Made by a program: the position numbers and the translations under genes. A stretch of 64,000 nucleotides of DNA from the NCBI GenBank assembly GCA_963722525.1, contig CAVRMM010000002.1, positions 1,467,925-1,531,924 of the forward strand, in the 5' to 3' direction. The stretch is from an uncultured Actinomycetes bacterium. GTDB lineage: Bacteria; Actinomycetota; Thermoleophilia; Gaiellales; F1-60-MAGs149. The notes beneath the pieces were generated by a model. The model worked only from the letters and a program-made list of their open reading frames with translations. It did no database searches and was not told the origin of the DNA. Position 1 is the first letter of the stretch. Each line of letters opens with the position of its first letter. Shown here piece by piece: positions 8,527 to 17,260 of the stretch.

Positions 8527-11500
8527 CTACGCGGTGGCGCGGTCCGAGCGCAGCGCGCTGAAGTAGACCGCCGACGGGTGGTGCACGACGATCGCGGCCG
8601 TCGACTGCTCCGGGTCGAGCTGGAACGCCGACGTCAGGCCGATGCCGATCGCCTCCTGGGCGCCCAGCAGGTCGCAGACCAGCACGTGGTGCTCCAGGTC
8701 GGGGCACGCCGGATAGCCCCACGAGTAGCGGCGGCCCTGCTCGGCATCGATGCCCATCTCGCGCTTCACGCGGCGGTGCAGCGCCTCGGCCATGCCCTCG
8801 GTCGCGGCGATCGCGATGCCGTGCGCGAAGTACTGCTCCGAGTACTCCTCGGCGGCCTACAGCGCGTCGACGTGGTCCTGCGCCTCGCGGCCGACCGTCA
8901 CCACCTGGAACGCGACGATGTCGCGCTCGTCGTCGTCGATCGGTGCGGAAGTAGTCGGGGATCGCAAGGCGGTCGTGCCGCTCCTGGCGGGGGAACTGCA
9001 GCCGCCCGAGCTCGGTCTCGCCGCCCTCGTCGAAGATCACCAGCGCCTCGCCGTCGGCGGCGCAGCGGAAGTAGCCGTACACGCCGCGCGGACGCAGCCA
9101 GCCCTGCGTCGCACGCCCTCGGCCTGCATGCGCAGCCGGCGCGGCTCGAAGTCGGTGCGCACCAGCTCGCTCGAACTCGTCGCCGTCGCGCGTTCTTGGC
9201 GCCCCAGCTAGAGCTGGTAGAGCGTCTTCAGGTCCATGCCGGCCCAGATCGGCGTCCATCGGCACGTCGTCGGCCACGCGGGCGCCGAGGAACGGCGGCG
9301 ACGGGACCGGCGCGCGCGGCAGGTCGGCGCGCTGGCCCGGCTCGACCGCGGGCGCGCACGGCTGCGCGCCCGCGACCACCTCGCGGCGGCGTACGTGTCC
9401 GCCTCGGCCTGGCGCGCTGCTTCAGCCGCGGCCAGCCGTCGGCCGTGCTCAGCAGCTCGATCGTGTCGAGCCCCTCGAACGCGTCCTTGCAGTAGAAGAC
9501 GCCGCGGCGCGTACGGCGGCTCGTCCTCGAGGAAGTCAGATGCGCCGGCCGAACGAGCGGTTGATCGCCGCGCCGCCGATCAGCACCGGGAACGTCGAGG
9601 CCGCGCGCGTCGAGCTCGTGCAGGCACGAGCGGCATCTGCTTCGACGTCGACACCAGCAGCGCCGAGAGGCCGATCGCGTCGGCGCCGACCTCGATCGCC
9701 TTGTCGATGATGACCTGGATCGGCACCTGCCGCCCGAGGTCGAACGTCGTGTAGCCGTTGTTGGAGAGGATCGTGTTGACGAGGCTCTTGCCGATGTCGT
9801 GCACGTCGCCGTACACGGTCGCGAGCACGATCTTGCCCTTCGATCTGGCCCTCGCTGCGGTCGAGGTAGTGCTCGAGCTTCGCGACGGCCTTCTTCATCA
9901 CCTCGGCCGACTGCAGCACGAAGGGCAGGATCAGCTCGCCGCGCCCGAACCGGTCGCCGACGTCCTTCATCGCCGGCAGCAGCACGTCGTTGAGCAGGTC
10001 GACGGCCTCGTCGTTCTCGCGCGCGCCGCGCTTGTCGAGGGCCTCCTCGATGTCGTCCTCGATGCCCTCCTTGACGCGGTGCAGGATCTTCTCGTGGATC
10101 CGCTCGTCCACCTCGACGCCCGGCGAACTGTCGATCCTGGACGCGCCCGTCTCCTCCTCCATCGGCAGCTCGAGTCGAAGTGCGAGATGAGCCGCTGCAG
10201 CGCGTCGGGGCGGCGGTTGTAGCACGAGGTCGTCGGCGAGCCCGCGCTCCTCGCTCGTCGATCTCCATGTACGGGCATGGTGTGCGCCGGGTTGACCATC
10301 GCCATGTCGAGTCCGGCCTGCCACGCAGTGGTGCAGGAAGATCGAGTTGAGCACGGAGCGGGCGCGCGGCGACAGGCCGAACGAGACGTTCGAGACGCCG
10401 AGCGACGTCAGCACGCCGGGCAGCTCGCGCTTGATCAGGCGGATGCCCTCGATGGTCTCGACGGCGCGAGTCGATCCACTCCGTCGTCGCCGGTCGCGAG
10501 CGTGAAGGTGAGCGCGTCGAAGATGAGGTCCTCCGGCGCCAGCCCGTACTCGTCCACGCAGATGTCGTGGATCTGCGCGCGCCACCCGGAGCTTCTCGTC
10601 GCGCGTCTTCGCCATGCCGACCTCGTCGATGGTCAGCGCGACGACCGCGGCCGACCGTGCTCGACGACCAGCGGCACGTACTCCTCGATGCGGTCGCGGC
10701 CGTTCTCCATGTTGATGGAGTTGATGATCGCGCGGCCGGGATAGGTCTCCAGCGCGCGCCTCAGCGCGTCGGTCTCGAGCGTGTCGATCATCAGCGGCGC
10801 CTCGACGCCCATCGCGAGCTGCTTGGTGACGCTCGCGCATCTGCTCGGCCTCGTCGCCGCGCTCGGTCAGCGCCACGCAGACGTCGAGGGCGTGGGCGCC
10901 GTACTCCACCTGGTCGCGCGCGACGCCGAGCACGCCGTCGTAGTCGTCGGCGAGCATGAGCTGCTTGATGCTTGCGGCGAGCCCTGCGTGTTGACGCGCT
11001 CGCCGACGATCATCGGGCGCGGCTCCTGGCGCAGCGTCGACGGCCGTCATGGCGCTGGCGATCGGCCGGGCGCCGGAACACCGGATGCCGGCGCTTCGAC
11101 GTGCCGGCGCCGCACGGCCTCGACGCAGCTGGCGGATGTGCTCCGGCGTGGTGCCGCAGCAGCCGCCGACCACGTTGGCGCCGAAGTCGTGCACGAACGC
11201 GGCCATCTGCTCGGCCATCTCGGACGGCCCCGAGCGGGTAGACGGTCTCGCCGTCCACGTTCAGCGGCAGCCCGGCGTTCGGGATCACCGCGACGGGCAG
11301 GTCGCACTCCTGCGTGCAGGTAGCGCACCGGCTCGCGCAGGTGCTCGGGGCCCGACGGAGCAGTTCGTGCCGATGATGTCGCACTTCATGCCGCGGAGGA
11401 TCGCGGCGACGGCGCCGATGTCGGTGCCGAGCAGCATGCGGCCCGGTGACGTCGAAGCGCGACCGGCGACCTGCAGCGGCACGCGCCCTGCCGGCCTCGG

Positions 11501-12065
11501 CGAACGCGCGCCGGGCGCCGGTGCACGGCCGCGCGCGTCTCGAGGATGTCCTGCATCGTCTCGATCTGCAGCAGGTCGACGCCGCCCGGCGAGGAGCGCC
11601 GACGGTCTGCTCGCGGAACAGCTCGACCAGCTCGGGGTACGTGATCGCCGACAGCGTCGGGTCGTTGCCCGACGGCAGCATGCCGGTCGGGCCGATCGAG
11701 CCGGCCACGAAGCGCGGCGCAGTCGGCGGTCGCGAACTCGTCGCACATCGTCGCGCGCCAGGCGCGGCCGCGGCGCGGTTGTGCTCGAGCGTCTGCGTCG
11801 GCCAGCCCCCACTCCTCGAGCCGCAGGCGCGTCGACTGGAACGAGTTCGTGATGACGTAGTCGGCGCCCGCGTCGAGGTACGCGCGGTGGATGTCGCGGA
11901 TCACGTCGGGCTGCGGACAGCGTCAGGTGGTCGACGTTGCCCGGGTAGCCGCCGTACGTCGGCCGTCGTCCAGCTCCGGCGTCCTGGATCTGCGTGCCCA
12001 TCGCCCCGTCCTTGAACACCGTGCGGGACCGCACGAGGGCCAGGTATCTGGTTGGGATCAGACAT
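8527..12065 (-). pseudogene. metH: cobalamin-dependent methionine synthase, heavily disrupted (many frameshifts plus an in-frame TAG at 8857-8859)
   Basis: MetH segments lie scattered over all three minus frames:
- **Hcy-binding domain:** VFKDGAMGTQIQ, DVIRDIHRAYLDAGADYVITNSF.
- **Pterin-binding domain:** LTSLGVSNVSFGL.
- **B12 cap and B12-binding domain:** ELILPFVLQSAEVMKKAV, TVYGDVHDIGKSLV.
- **Activation domain:** GVYGYFRCAADGEALVIF, YSWGYPACPDLEHH. Confidence 0.85.
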
Positions 12066-12212
12066 GGGCAAGAACGGCCTCCCGGTGCTCTTTAGCTTTT
12101 GGTTCGCCCCTCTTGCGAGAGGCGCGCGCTTGCAAGCGGCGGTGCAAATCAGTGCGCGCTATCGCCGGAATCCTACATCGTGGAACAGCCGAGTCCTGCC
12201 GGTCGGGCGATT

Positions 12213-12991
12213 TCAGGGCCGCGTGCCGGAGCGCCGGGCGCGGCCGGCGAGGCCGGCGACCTTGCCCAGCGCACCCGCCACCGACGGCGTGCGGACGACG
12301 GGCTCTCGGCAGGCGGAGACGGCGTCGAGACGGCGCTCCAGCGCCAGCGCCACCAGCTCCGACTCCGACCGCTGCGAGTCGCAGCAGCCCGTACGCGCCG
12401 GCCCCGGCAGCGACGACGCCGGCGACCAGCGGCCACCAGACGACGGCGCCCAGGATCAGCGACGCAGTGCCGCCGACGGCTCCGACGATGCCCGCGGTCA
12501 TCGCGTAGTCGCGCTTGACGCGCGCCTCGAGCCGCACCAGCGCCGACTGCGTCGCCGATCGGCTCGACGGTCGACGTCACGCCGGGCGACTCGCGCAGGT
12601 CGAGATCGGCGCCGCCGGCCTTCGCCATCGCGGCGCGGGCGCCGGCGACCACGCCGGTGCGCGGCGTCCAGACGCCGAGCTCGGGGCCCGTGTGGCGCAG
12701 GGCGCGCATGCCGTCGACCTGCTCGAACCACGTCATCAGCAGGCGGTCGGCCTCGGCCGGCAGCAGCTCGACGTGGCGGGCGGCGGTGACGCTGCGGTCG
12801 AGCGCGCGCACGCGCTGCGGCGTCGACAGCACCTCGGCCAGCGCGCGCCGGACGTGCACCTCGGCGACGCCCAGCTCGGCGCCGATGGCCACCAGCTGGT
12901 CGGGCGAGAGGCCGCGTCGGTCGCGGCCGGACAGCTCCATCGCGCGCGCGATCACGCGTTCGGCAGTGCCTCGATCGAGCTCGCCCGTCAT
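12213..12991 (-). pseudogene. hypothetical membrane protein, interrupted (at least 2 frame changes)
   Basis: Three consecutive fragments in different frames: MTGELDRGTAERVIARAMELS...ESPGVTSTVEP; then RVKRDYAMTAGIVGAVGGTASLILGAVVWWPLVAGVVAAGAGAYGLL (2 TM helices); then SESELVALALERRLDAVSA ending at TGA 12213. I recognise no family. Confidence 0.35.
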
Positions 12992-13010
12992 GCGGCGGAT
13001 GGTAGCCCGG

Positions 13011-13682
13011 CTACGACAGGCGCCAGAGGCCGAGCGACTTGTCGGCGAGTACCTCGGGTCGGCGGCGAACCGCTCGTTCACGAGCTGCTCGGGTTCGGGC
13101 AGCGAGTACGGCGGCCGGCACAGGTTGAGGGGCCGCCAGCGGCCCATGCGGATGTCGGCGTTGGACTGGCGCGCCGGGAAACGTGGTCGCGAGCAGCCAG
13201 GTCGCGCCCGACCGGCGGATGTTGGCGATCGCCTCGAGCCCCTCGGCGAACGGCAGGTGCACGAGGCAGTCGCGGCACAGCACCAGGTCGGCCGGCGGCA
13301 ACGGGTCGCGAGATCAGGTCGCCGACGCGGTACTCGCGGCCCGGCCCGCCGTGCGCCGCCGCGGCCGCCTCGACCACGGCCGGCACCACGTCGAGGCCGG
13401 TGTAGTGCTCGAACCGGTAGTCGAGCCTGGCCATCCAGTTGCCGTCGCCGCAGGGTGCGTCGAGGATCGTGCGCACGCCGATCGACGTCAGCAACGGCGG
13501 CAGCGCCGCGAGCAGCGGCGCAGTCGTCTCGGGGTCGGAGCCGCCGCCGGACACCGACGCACCGCCCCAGGAGCGCGCGTCGTGGATCTGCGCCGAACAC
13601 CTCGTCAGGCGCGCGGCGGGACACCGCGGAGACGATCGAGGATCGCCTCCGCGCGATAGACCGCGGGCCTGAGCAGGCGCCG
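13011..13682 (-). pseudogene. class I SAM-dependent methyltransferase, interrupted by several frameshifts
   Basis: Fragments: SWGGASVSGGGSDPETTAPLLAALPPLL, ILDAPCGDGNWMARL (SAM motif I), DLVLCRDCLVHLPFAEGLEAIANIRRSGATWLLATTFP, and RMGRWRPLNLCRPPYSLPEPEQLVNERF. TAG stop at 13011. The start is unresolved. Confidence 0.55.
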
Positions 13683-13684
13683 GA

Positions 13685-14116
13685 TCAGACGAGCCGGGCA
13701 GCTCGGCGGGCTGACCAGGCGTCGCGAACACGCCGCGGTGCTTGATCAGCACGATCTTGACGGCCTTCTTGAACTTGAAGTAGAGGACCGTCTGCGAGCC
13801 GTTCAGGCACACGGGGACGCGCTTGTCGCCCTTCGGCGCCGGCGTTCCGCCGTGCTTGCCCTCGCTCTGCTCCGTGTCGCCGCTCCGGCCCGACTTGGAG
13901 ACCGCGTTGGACGCGACCGACACGCCGCCGAGCCCGGCGAGGCCGAGCAGCGCGGCAGCACGCCATGACGGCGGCGAGCCGCAGCTGCCACTTGCTCCTG
14001 CGGACCGGCGCGGGGCGCGTGCCGACCTTCGAGACGAGGCTGTCGAGCAGCTCGCCACGGGGCGCGGGGCGGGACTCGTGGAGCTCGAGCTCGAAGTCGC
14101 TCTCGAAATCGTTCAT
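13685..14116 (-). pseudogene. small single-pass membrane protein downstream of the ECF sigma (possible anti-sigma factor), interrupted
   Basis: The ATG overlaps the sigma stop (ATGA). The sequence reads MNDFESDFELELHESRPAPRGELLDSLVSKV...KWQLRLAAVMA. It then continues in another frame with LLGLAGLGGVSVASNAVSKSG...VCLNGSQTVLYFKFKKAVKIVLIKHRGVF. The anti-sigma role rests on gene position only. Confidence 0.35.
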
Positions 14117-14643
14117 ATCCCGTCTACCGCCGGCGGCCCCGGTTTCCTTACAGCGGGTTCCGGATCCGCCGGCTCGACCATTGCCCGCAGGCGGCCGAGC
14201 GCGCGGTGCAGCGCCACCTCGACGGTGTTCGTGCGCTGGCCGAGCAGCTCGGCGATCTGGCGCGCGGTCAGGTCGGCGCCGTAGCGCAGCGCCACCAGCT
14301 CGCGCTCCCGCGGGTCGAGCCGGCCGACGGCGCCGCCAGCGCGAGGCGCTCGACGGAGCGGTCCTCGAACCGGTCGCCGGCCCGCTCGGGCACGGTCGCG
14401 ACCGTCTCGGCCAGCGCCTGGCGCCGGTAGTGCTCGTCGATGGTGCGCCGCGCGATGCCGACCAGCCACGCCGCCGGATCGCCCTTGCCGGAGTCGTACG
14501 ACGCTGCGGTACCGCAGCGCCCGCTCGATCGTGGCCGACGTGACGTCCTCGGCCTCGGCGCCGTCGCCGAGCCGGTAGGCGGCGTACGCGTACACGCGCC
14601 GCACGGCCTCCTCCGGGTTCGCGAGCGGGTCCTGGCGCGCCAT
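14113..14643 (-). pseudogene. ECF-type RNA polymerase sigma-70 family factor, interrupted (about 2 frameshifts in the middle)
   Basis: The N-terminal region-2-like segment is MARQDPLANPEEAVRRVYAYAAYRLGDGAEAEDVTSATIERALRYR. The C-terminal region-4 helix-turn-helix is LDPRERELVALRYGADLTARQIAELLGQRTNTVEVALHRALGRLR. The middle part reads correctly only in another frame (DPAAWLVGIARRTIDEHYRRQ). Confidence 0.65.
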
Positions 14644-15184
14644 CAGCAGTCCACTCGCGGGAACTCGACGGGGTCGAACGGCGTGATCGACGCGTCGGGC
14701 TTCGAGGTGCGGGTTCAGCTCGCGCGCCTTCGCGAACGCCGTGGCCGCCGCCGCGGGGTCCTGCACGGCGCCCGACGACGACCCAGAGCCGGAAGTCGGT
14801 CGGCGCCTGCTCGAGCGCTCGCGCGTAGGCCAGCCGCGCGCCCTCGGGATCGCCCGCGTTGATGCGCGTGCCCGCCAGCGCCAGCCAGGCGCGGGCACTC
14901 CACGGCATGCGGTCGGTGGCTCGCTCGGCGTCGGCGATCGCGGCGCACGGGTTGGTCTCGCTGGCGGCCGAGGCGTCGTCGATCGCCCGGTTGGCTGACA
15001 GCGCGTAGCCGCACAGCACGGCCAGCAGGATCGCGAAGCCGACCAGCGCACCGCGGCCGATCGGGCCGACGGGCAGCCGTCTGCCCCGCGCCGCGGCGAC
15101 CACCGCGCCGCCCAGCAGCAGCGCCGGGACGATCACGGCGGGCGACTCCCAGTCGGTGTCGACCGCGGCCTGCACGACGATCAC
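14643..15184 (-). pseudogene. membrane-anchored TPR-like repeat protein, one frameshift
   Basis: The GTG start overlaps the O-antigen-ligase stop (GTGA). TM segments: VIVPALLLGGAVVAAA and ALVGFAILLAVLCGYAL. TPR-like helices: ARAWLALAGTRINAGDPEGARLAYARALEQAP, then DPAAAATAFAKARELNP in a second frame. Confidence 0.4.
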
Positions 15185-16617
15185 TGCGTAGCCGCCCGAG
15201 CGCCGTCGCCGCGAGCGGCTCGTGCCGGGCGCTTGATCGCCGCCGCGAACGGCGTCAGCACCACCAGCAGCACCAGCAGCCCGCCGATGATGCCGAGCTC
15301 GCCGAGCGTCTCGAAGTACAGGGAGTGCGCGTTCTCGGTGTCGAACTCCCGGTCGTCGCGGGCGTAGAACGCGGCGGTGAACGTGCCGGCGCCGGCCCCC
15401 GTGACGGGGTGGTCGCGCCACTGGTCGAGCGCGACCGTCCACAGCTGCTTGCGGCCGTTCGACGAGGCGTCGAACAGGCGGCCGGTGAGGTCTCCGCCGT
15501 CCTCGGTGCCGATCGGCGCGCCGTTGAACGAGCGCCACGCGTCCTCGGCCACGTCCACCGGCCCGCCGCGGGGGATGGTGGCGATGGCCGCGAGCGCCAC
15601 CAGGCCGCCGAACAGGATCACCGTCCACGCCGTCCGGAGGTCGGCAGACAGGCGGATGCGGCGCTCTGCCACCAGCAGCAGCAGCGCGACGATCACCGCG
15701 GCGCACATCAGCACGAGCAGCAGCAGGGCGATCTGGCGACCGTCGCTCGCCGCGGCCTCGAGCCCGGCGTTACGGCGCGTGAGGCCGTCGCGCTGCGAGG
15801 CGGCGAAGACCGCGACCGCCGGGATCGCCGCCAGCACGATTCCCTCCGTCGCGAGGCGCGTGCGGCCCGGGTCGAGCAGCAGCACGATCACCAGCGCGAC
15901 CGCCGTGGCCGCGATGCCGCCGCGCGAGAACGTGAAGTACAGGGTCAGCGCCAGCAGCGGCAACGAGGCCGCGGCCAGGCAGCGCAGCCACGGCACCTGC
16001 CCGCGGACGGCGAGGCCGAGGCCCACGACCAGGCAGAGGCCCGCCAGGCCGCCCAGCATGTTCCAGTACGCGAACGGGTCGGTGAGGCGGTAGCTCGTCG
16101 TGGTCGAGTCGAAGTCGCCGAACGACTCGGGGAAGAGCCGCGTCGAGAGCGCGTAGGCGCAGGCGATGGTGCCGCCGGCCCACACGCCGGCGGTGATCTG
16201 CGGCAGCGCGCGCCGCGAGCCGAGCCCCAGTGCGGCCAGCGCCGCGGCCGGATAGACGGCCACGCGCTGGATCTCGTCGAGCGTGTGGGACACGTCGTCC
16301 GTCCACAGCAGCGATGCCGTGACCCAGCCGAGCAGCGCGATCAGGCCGCCCAGGAACAGGACGTCGAACCACGCCAGCTCCAGGCGCGCGAGCAGCACGC
16401 CGGTGGCGCCCGTCCACAGCAGCAGCAGCGCGACCCAGCCCCAGTGCGTCGGCTCCGAGCCGCCGTTGGCCAGCGCTAGGCCGGCCACGATCAGCATCGG
16501 CACGCCCACCGTCGCGGCCGACACGGCGAGCGAGCGCACGCGATCGCGCGCCGGCGCCTCGACGGCCGCCGGTGTCTCCGCGGCCACGCTCACGGACCCG
16601 CCACTCACCACCGTCAC
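15181..16617 (-). CDS. O-antigen ligase / Wzy-family polytopic membrane protein
   Basis: Uninterrupted 478-aa ORF with about 10-12 TM helices. It has the Wzy_C-type core (LTLYFTFSRGGIAATAVALV) and a following loop with HPVTGAGAGTF...AHSLYFETLGELG. Confidence 0.75.
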   Translation of the reverse strand: MTVVSGGSVSVAAETPAAVEAPARDRVRSLAVSAATVGVPMLIVAGLALANGGSEPTHWGWVALLLLWTGATGVLLARLELAWFDVLFLGGLIALLGWVTASLLWTDDVSHTLDEIQRVAVYPAAALAALGLGSRRALPQITAGVWAGGTIACAYALSTRLFPESFGDFDSTTTSYRLTDPFAYWNMLGGLAGLCLVVGLGLAVRGQVPWLRCLAAASLPLLALTLYFTFSRGGIAATAVALVIVLLLDPGRTRLATEGIVLAAIPAVAVFAASQRDGLTRRNAGLEAAASDGRQIALLLLVLMCAAVIVALLLLVAERRIRLSADLRTAWTVILFGGLVALAAIATIPRGGPVDVAEDAWRSFNGAPIGTEDGGDLTGRLFDASSNGRKQLWTVALDQWRDHPVTGAGAGTFTAAFYARDDREFDTENAHSLYFETLGELGIIGGLLVLLVVLTPFAAAIKRPARAARGDGARAATQ

Positions 16618-16620
16618 ACC

Positions 16621-17181
16621 CTACTCACCGGAAGCGACATCGTCCGACCGCGCGCGGTGGCGCCACACGACCCCGATGGCGCCCGCCACGAGCCCGAGCA
16701 GGGCCCCCACGGCGGCTGCCTCCGCCGGGCTCGTACCGTCCAGCGGCGCGGTCTCCGGCAGCGCCAGCACGACGAGCGACCCGGCCGGCACCACGGCCGT
16801 GCCTTCCTCGACCGCAAGCTTCGCCGCTGCGCGCGCGCCCGCGATGGCCCTCGCTGCGCCGTCGGCGTGCGCCCGCAGCTCGATCTGCGTCGTGTCCTCC
16901 GTGCCGACCACGTCCAGCTGCCCGCCGGCGCGCTCCTCGACCGCGGGATCCGACCCGAGCGCCTCCGCGATCGCGAATGCCTGCGCGTTACGGTCGCCGA
17001 CGTCGGCGGCGGCGCCGACCGGCACCGCCACGAAGGCCGAGGCGACGTACGGCGCGGGGCGCAGCACCGTGATCGTGAGTGCCGCCACCGCCGCGATGGC
17101 GGCGCAGGCGCCGAGCACCCACCAGCGGCGCATCAGGAGGGCGATCACGCGCCAAGCGTACTGGTCGCCCCCGGCGCTCAC
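16621..17181 (-). CDS. Wzz-like polysaccharide chain-length-determinant (PCP-type) small membrane protein
   Basis: 186-aa ORF with PCP topology: an N-terminal TM helix (WWVLGACAAIAAVAALTITVL), a soluble middle, and a C-terminal TM helix (AAVGALLGLVAGAIGVV). It lies immediately upstream of the ligase gene. Confidence 0.45.
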   Translation of the reverse strand: MSAGGDQYAWRVIALLMRRWWVLGACAAIAAVAALTITVLRPAPYVASAFVAVPVGAAADVGDRNAQAFAIAEALGSDPAVEERAGGQLDVVGTEDTTQIELRAHADGAARAIAGARAAAKLAVEEGTAVVPAGSLVVLALPETAPLDGTSPAEAAAVGALLGLVAGAIGVVWRHRARSDDVASGE

Positions 17182-17260
17182 CGGCTCGGGCCCGCGGACT
17201 CAGCGACTCATCAGCAGCACATTTTCAGTAAGTTGCAACAAGAAACAGTAAGATCGGCCG

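Noticed and set aside
8857-8859. In-frame TAG in metH as programmed recoding (readthrough or pyrrolysine-type).
   Set aside because: There is no supporting context. The same gene carries many frameshifts, so a simple lesion or base-call error is far more likely.
12090-12205. Cobalamin-riboswitch-like strings on the plus strand (ggtgcaaatc..., and cagccgagtcctgcc resembling a B12 box) next to metH.
   Set aside because: They are in the wrong orientation for metH and no plus-strand gene lies downstream. Other conserved riboswitch segments are missing. The resemblance comes from short GC-rich strings only.
13685-15706. 673-aa ORF that could be read as one large protein.
   Set aside because: It is a composite. 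It strings together the out-of-frame part of the ligase gene, the TPR protein, out-of-frame sigma sequence and the small membrane protein. Recognisable segments alternate with Arg-rich nonsense.
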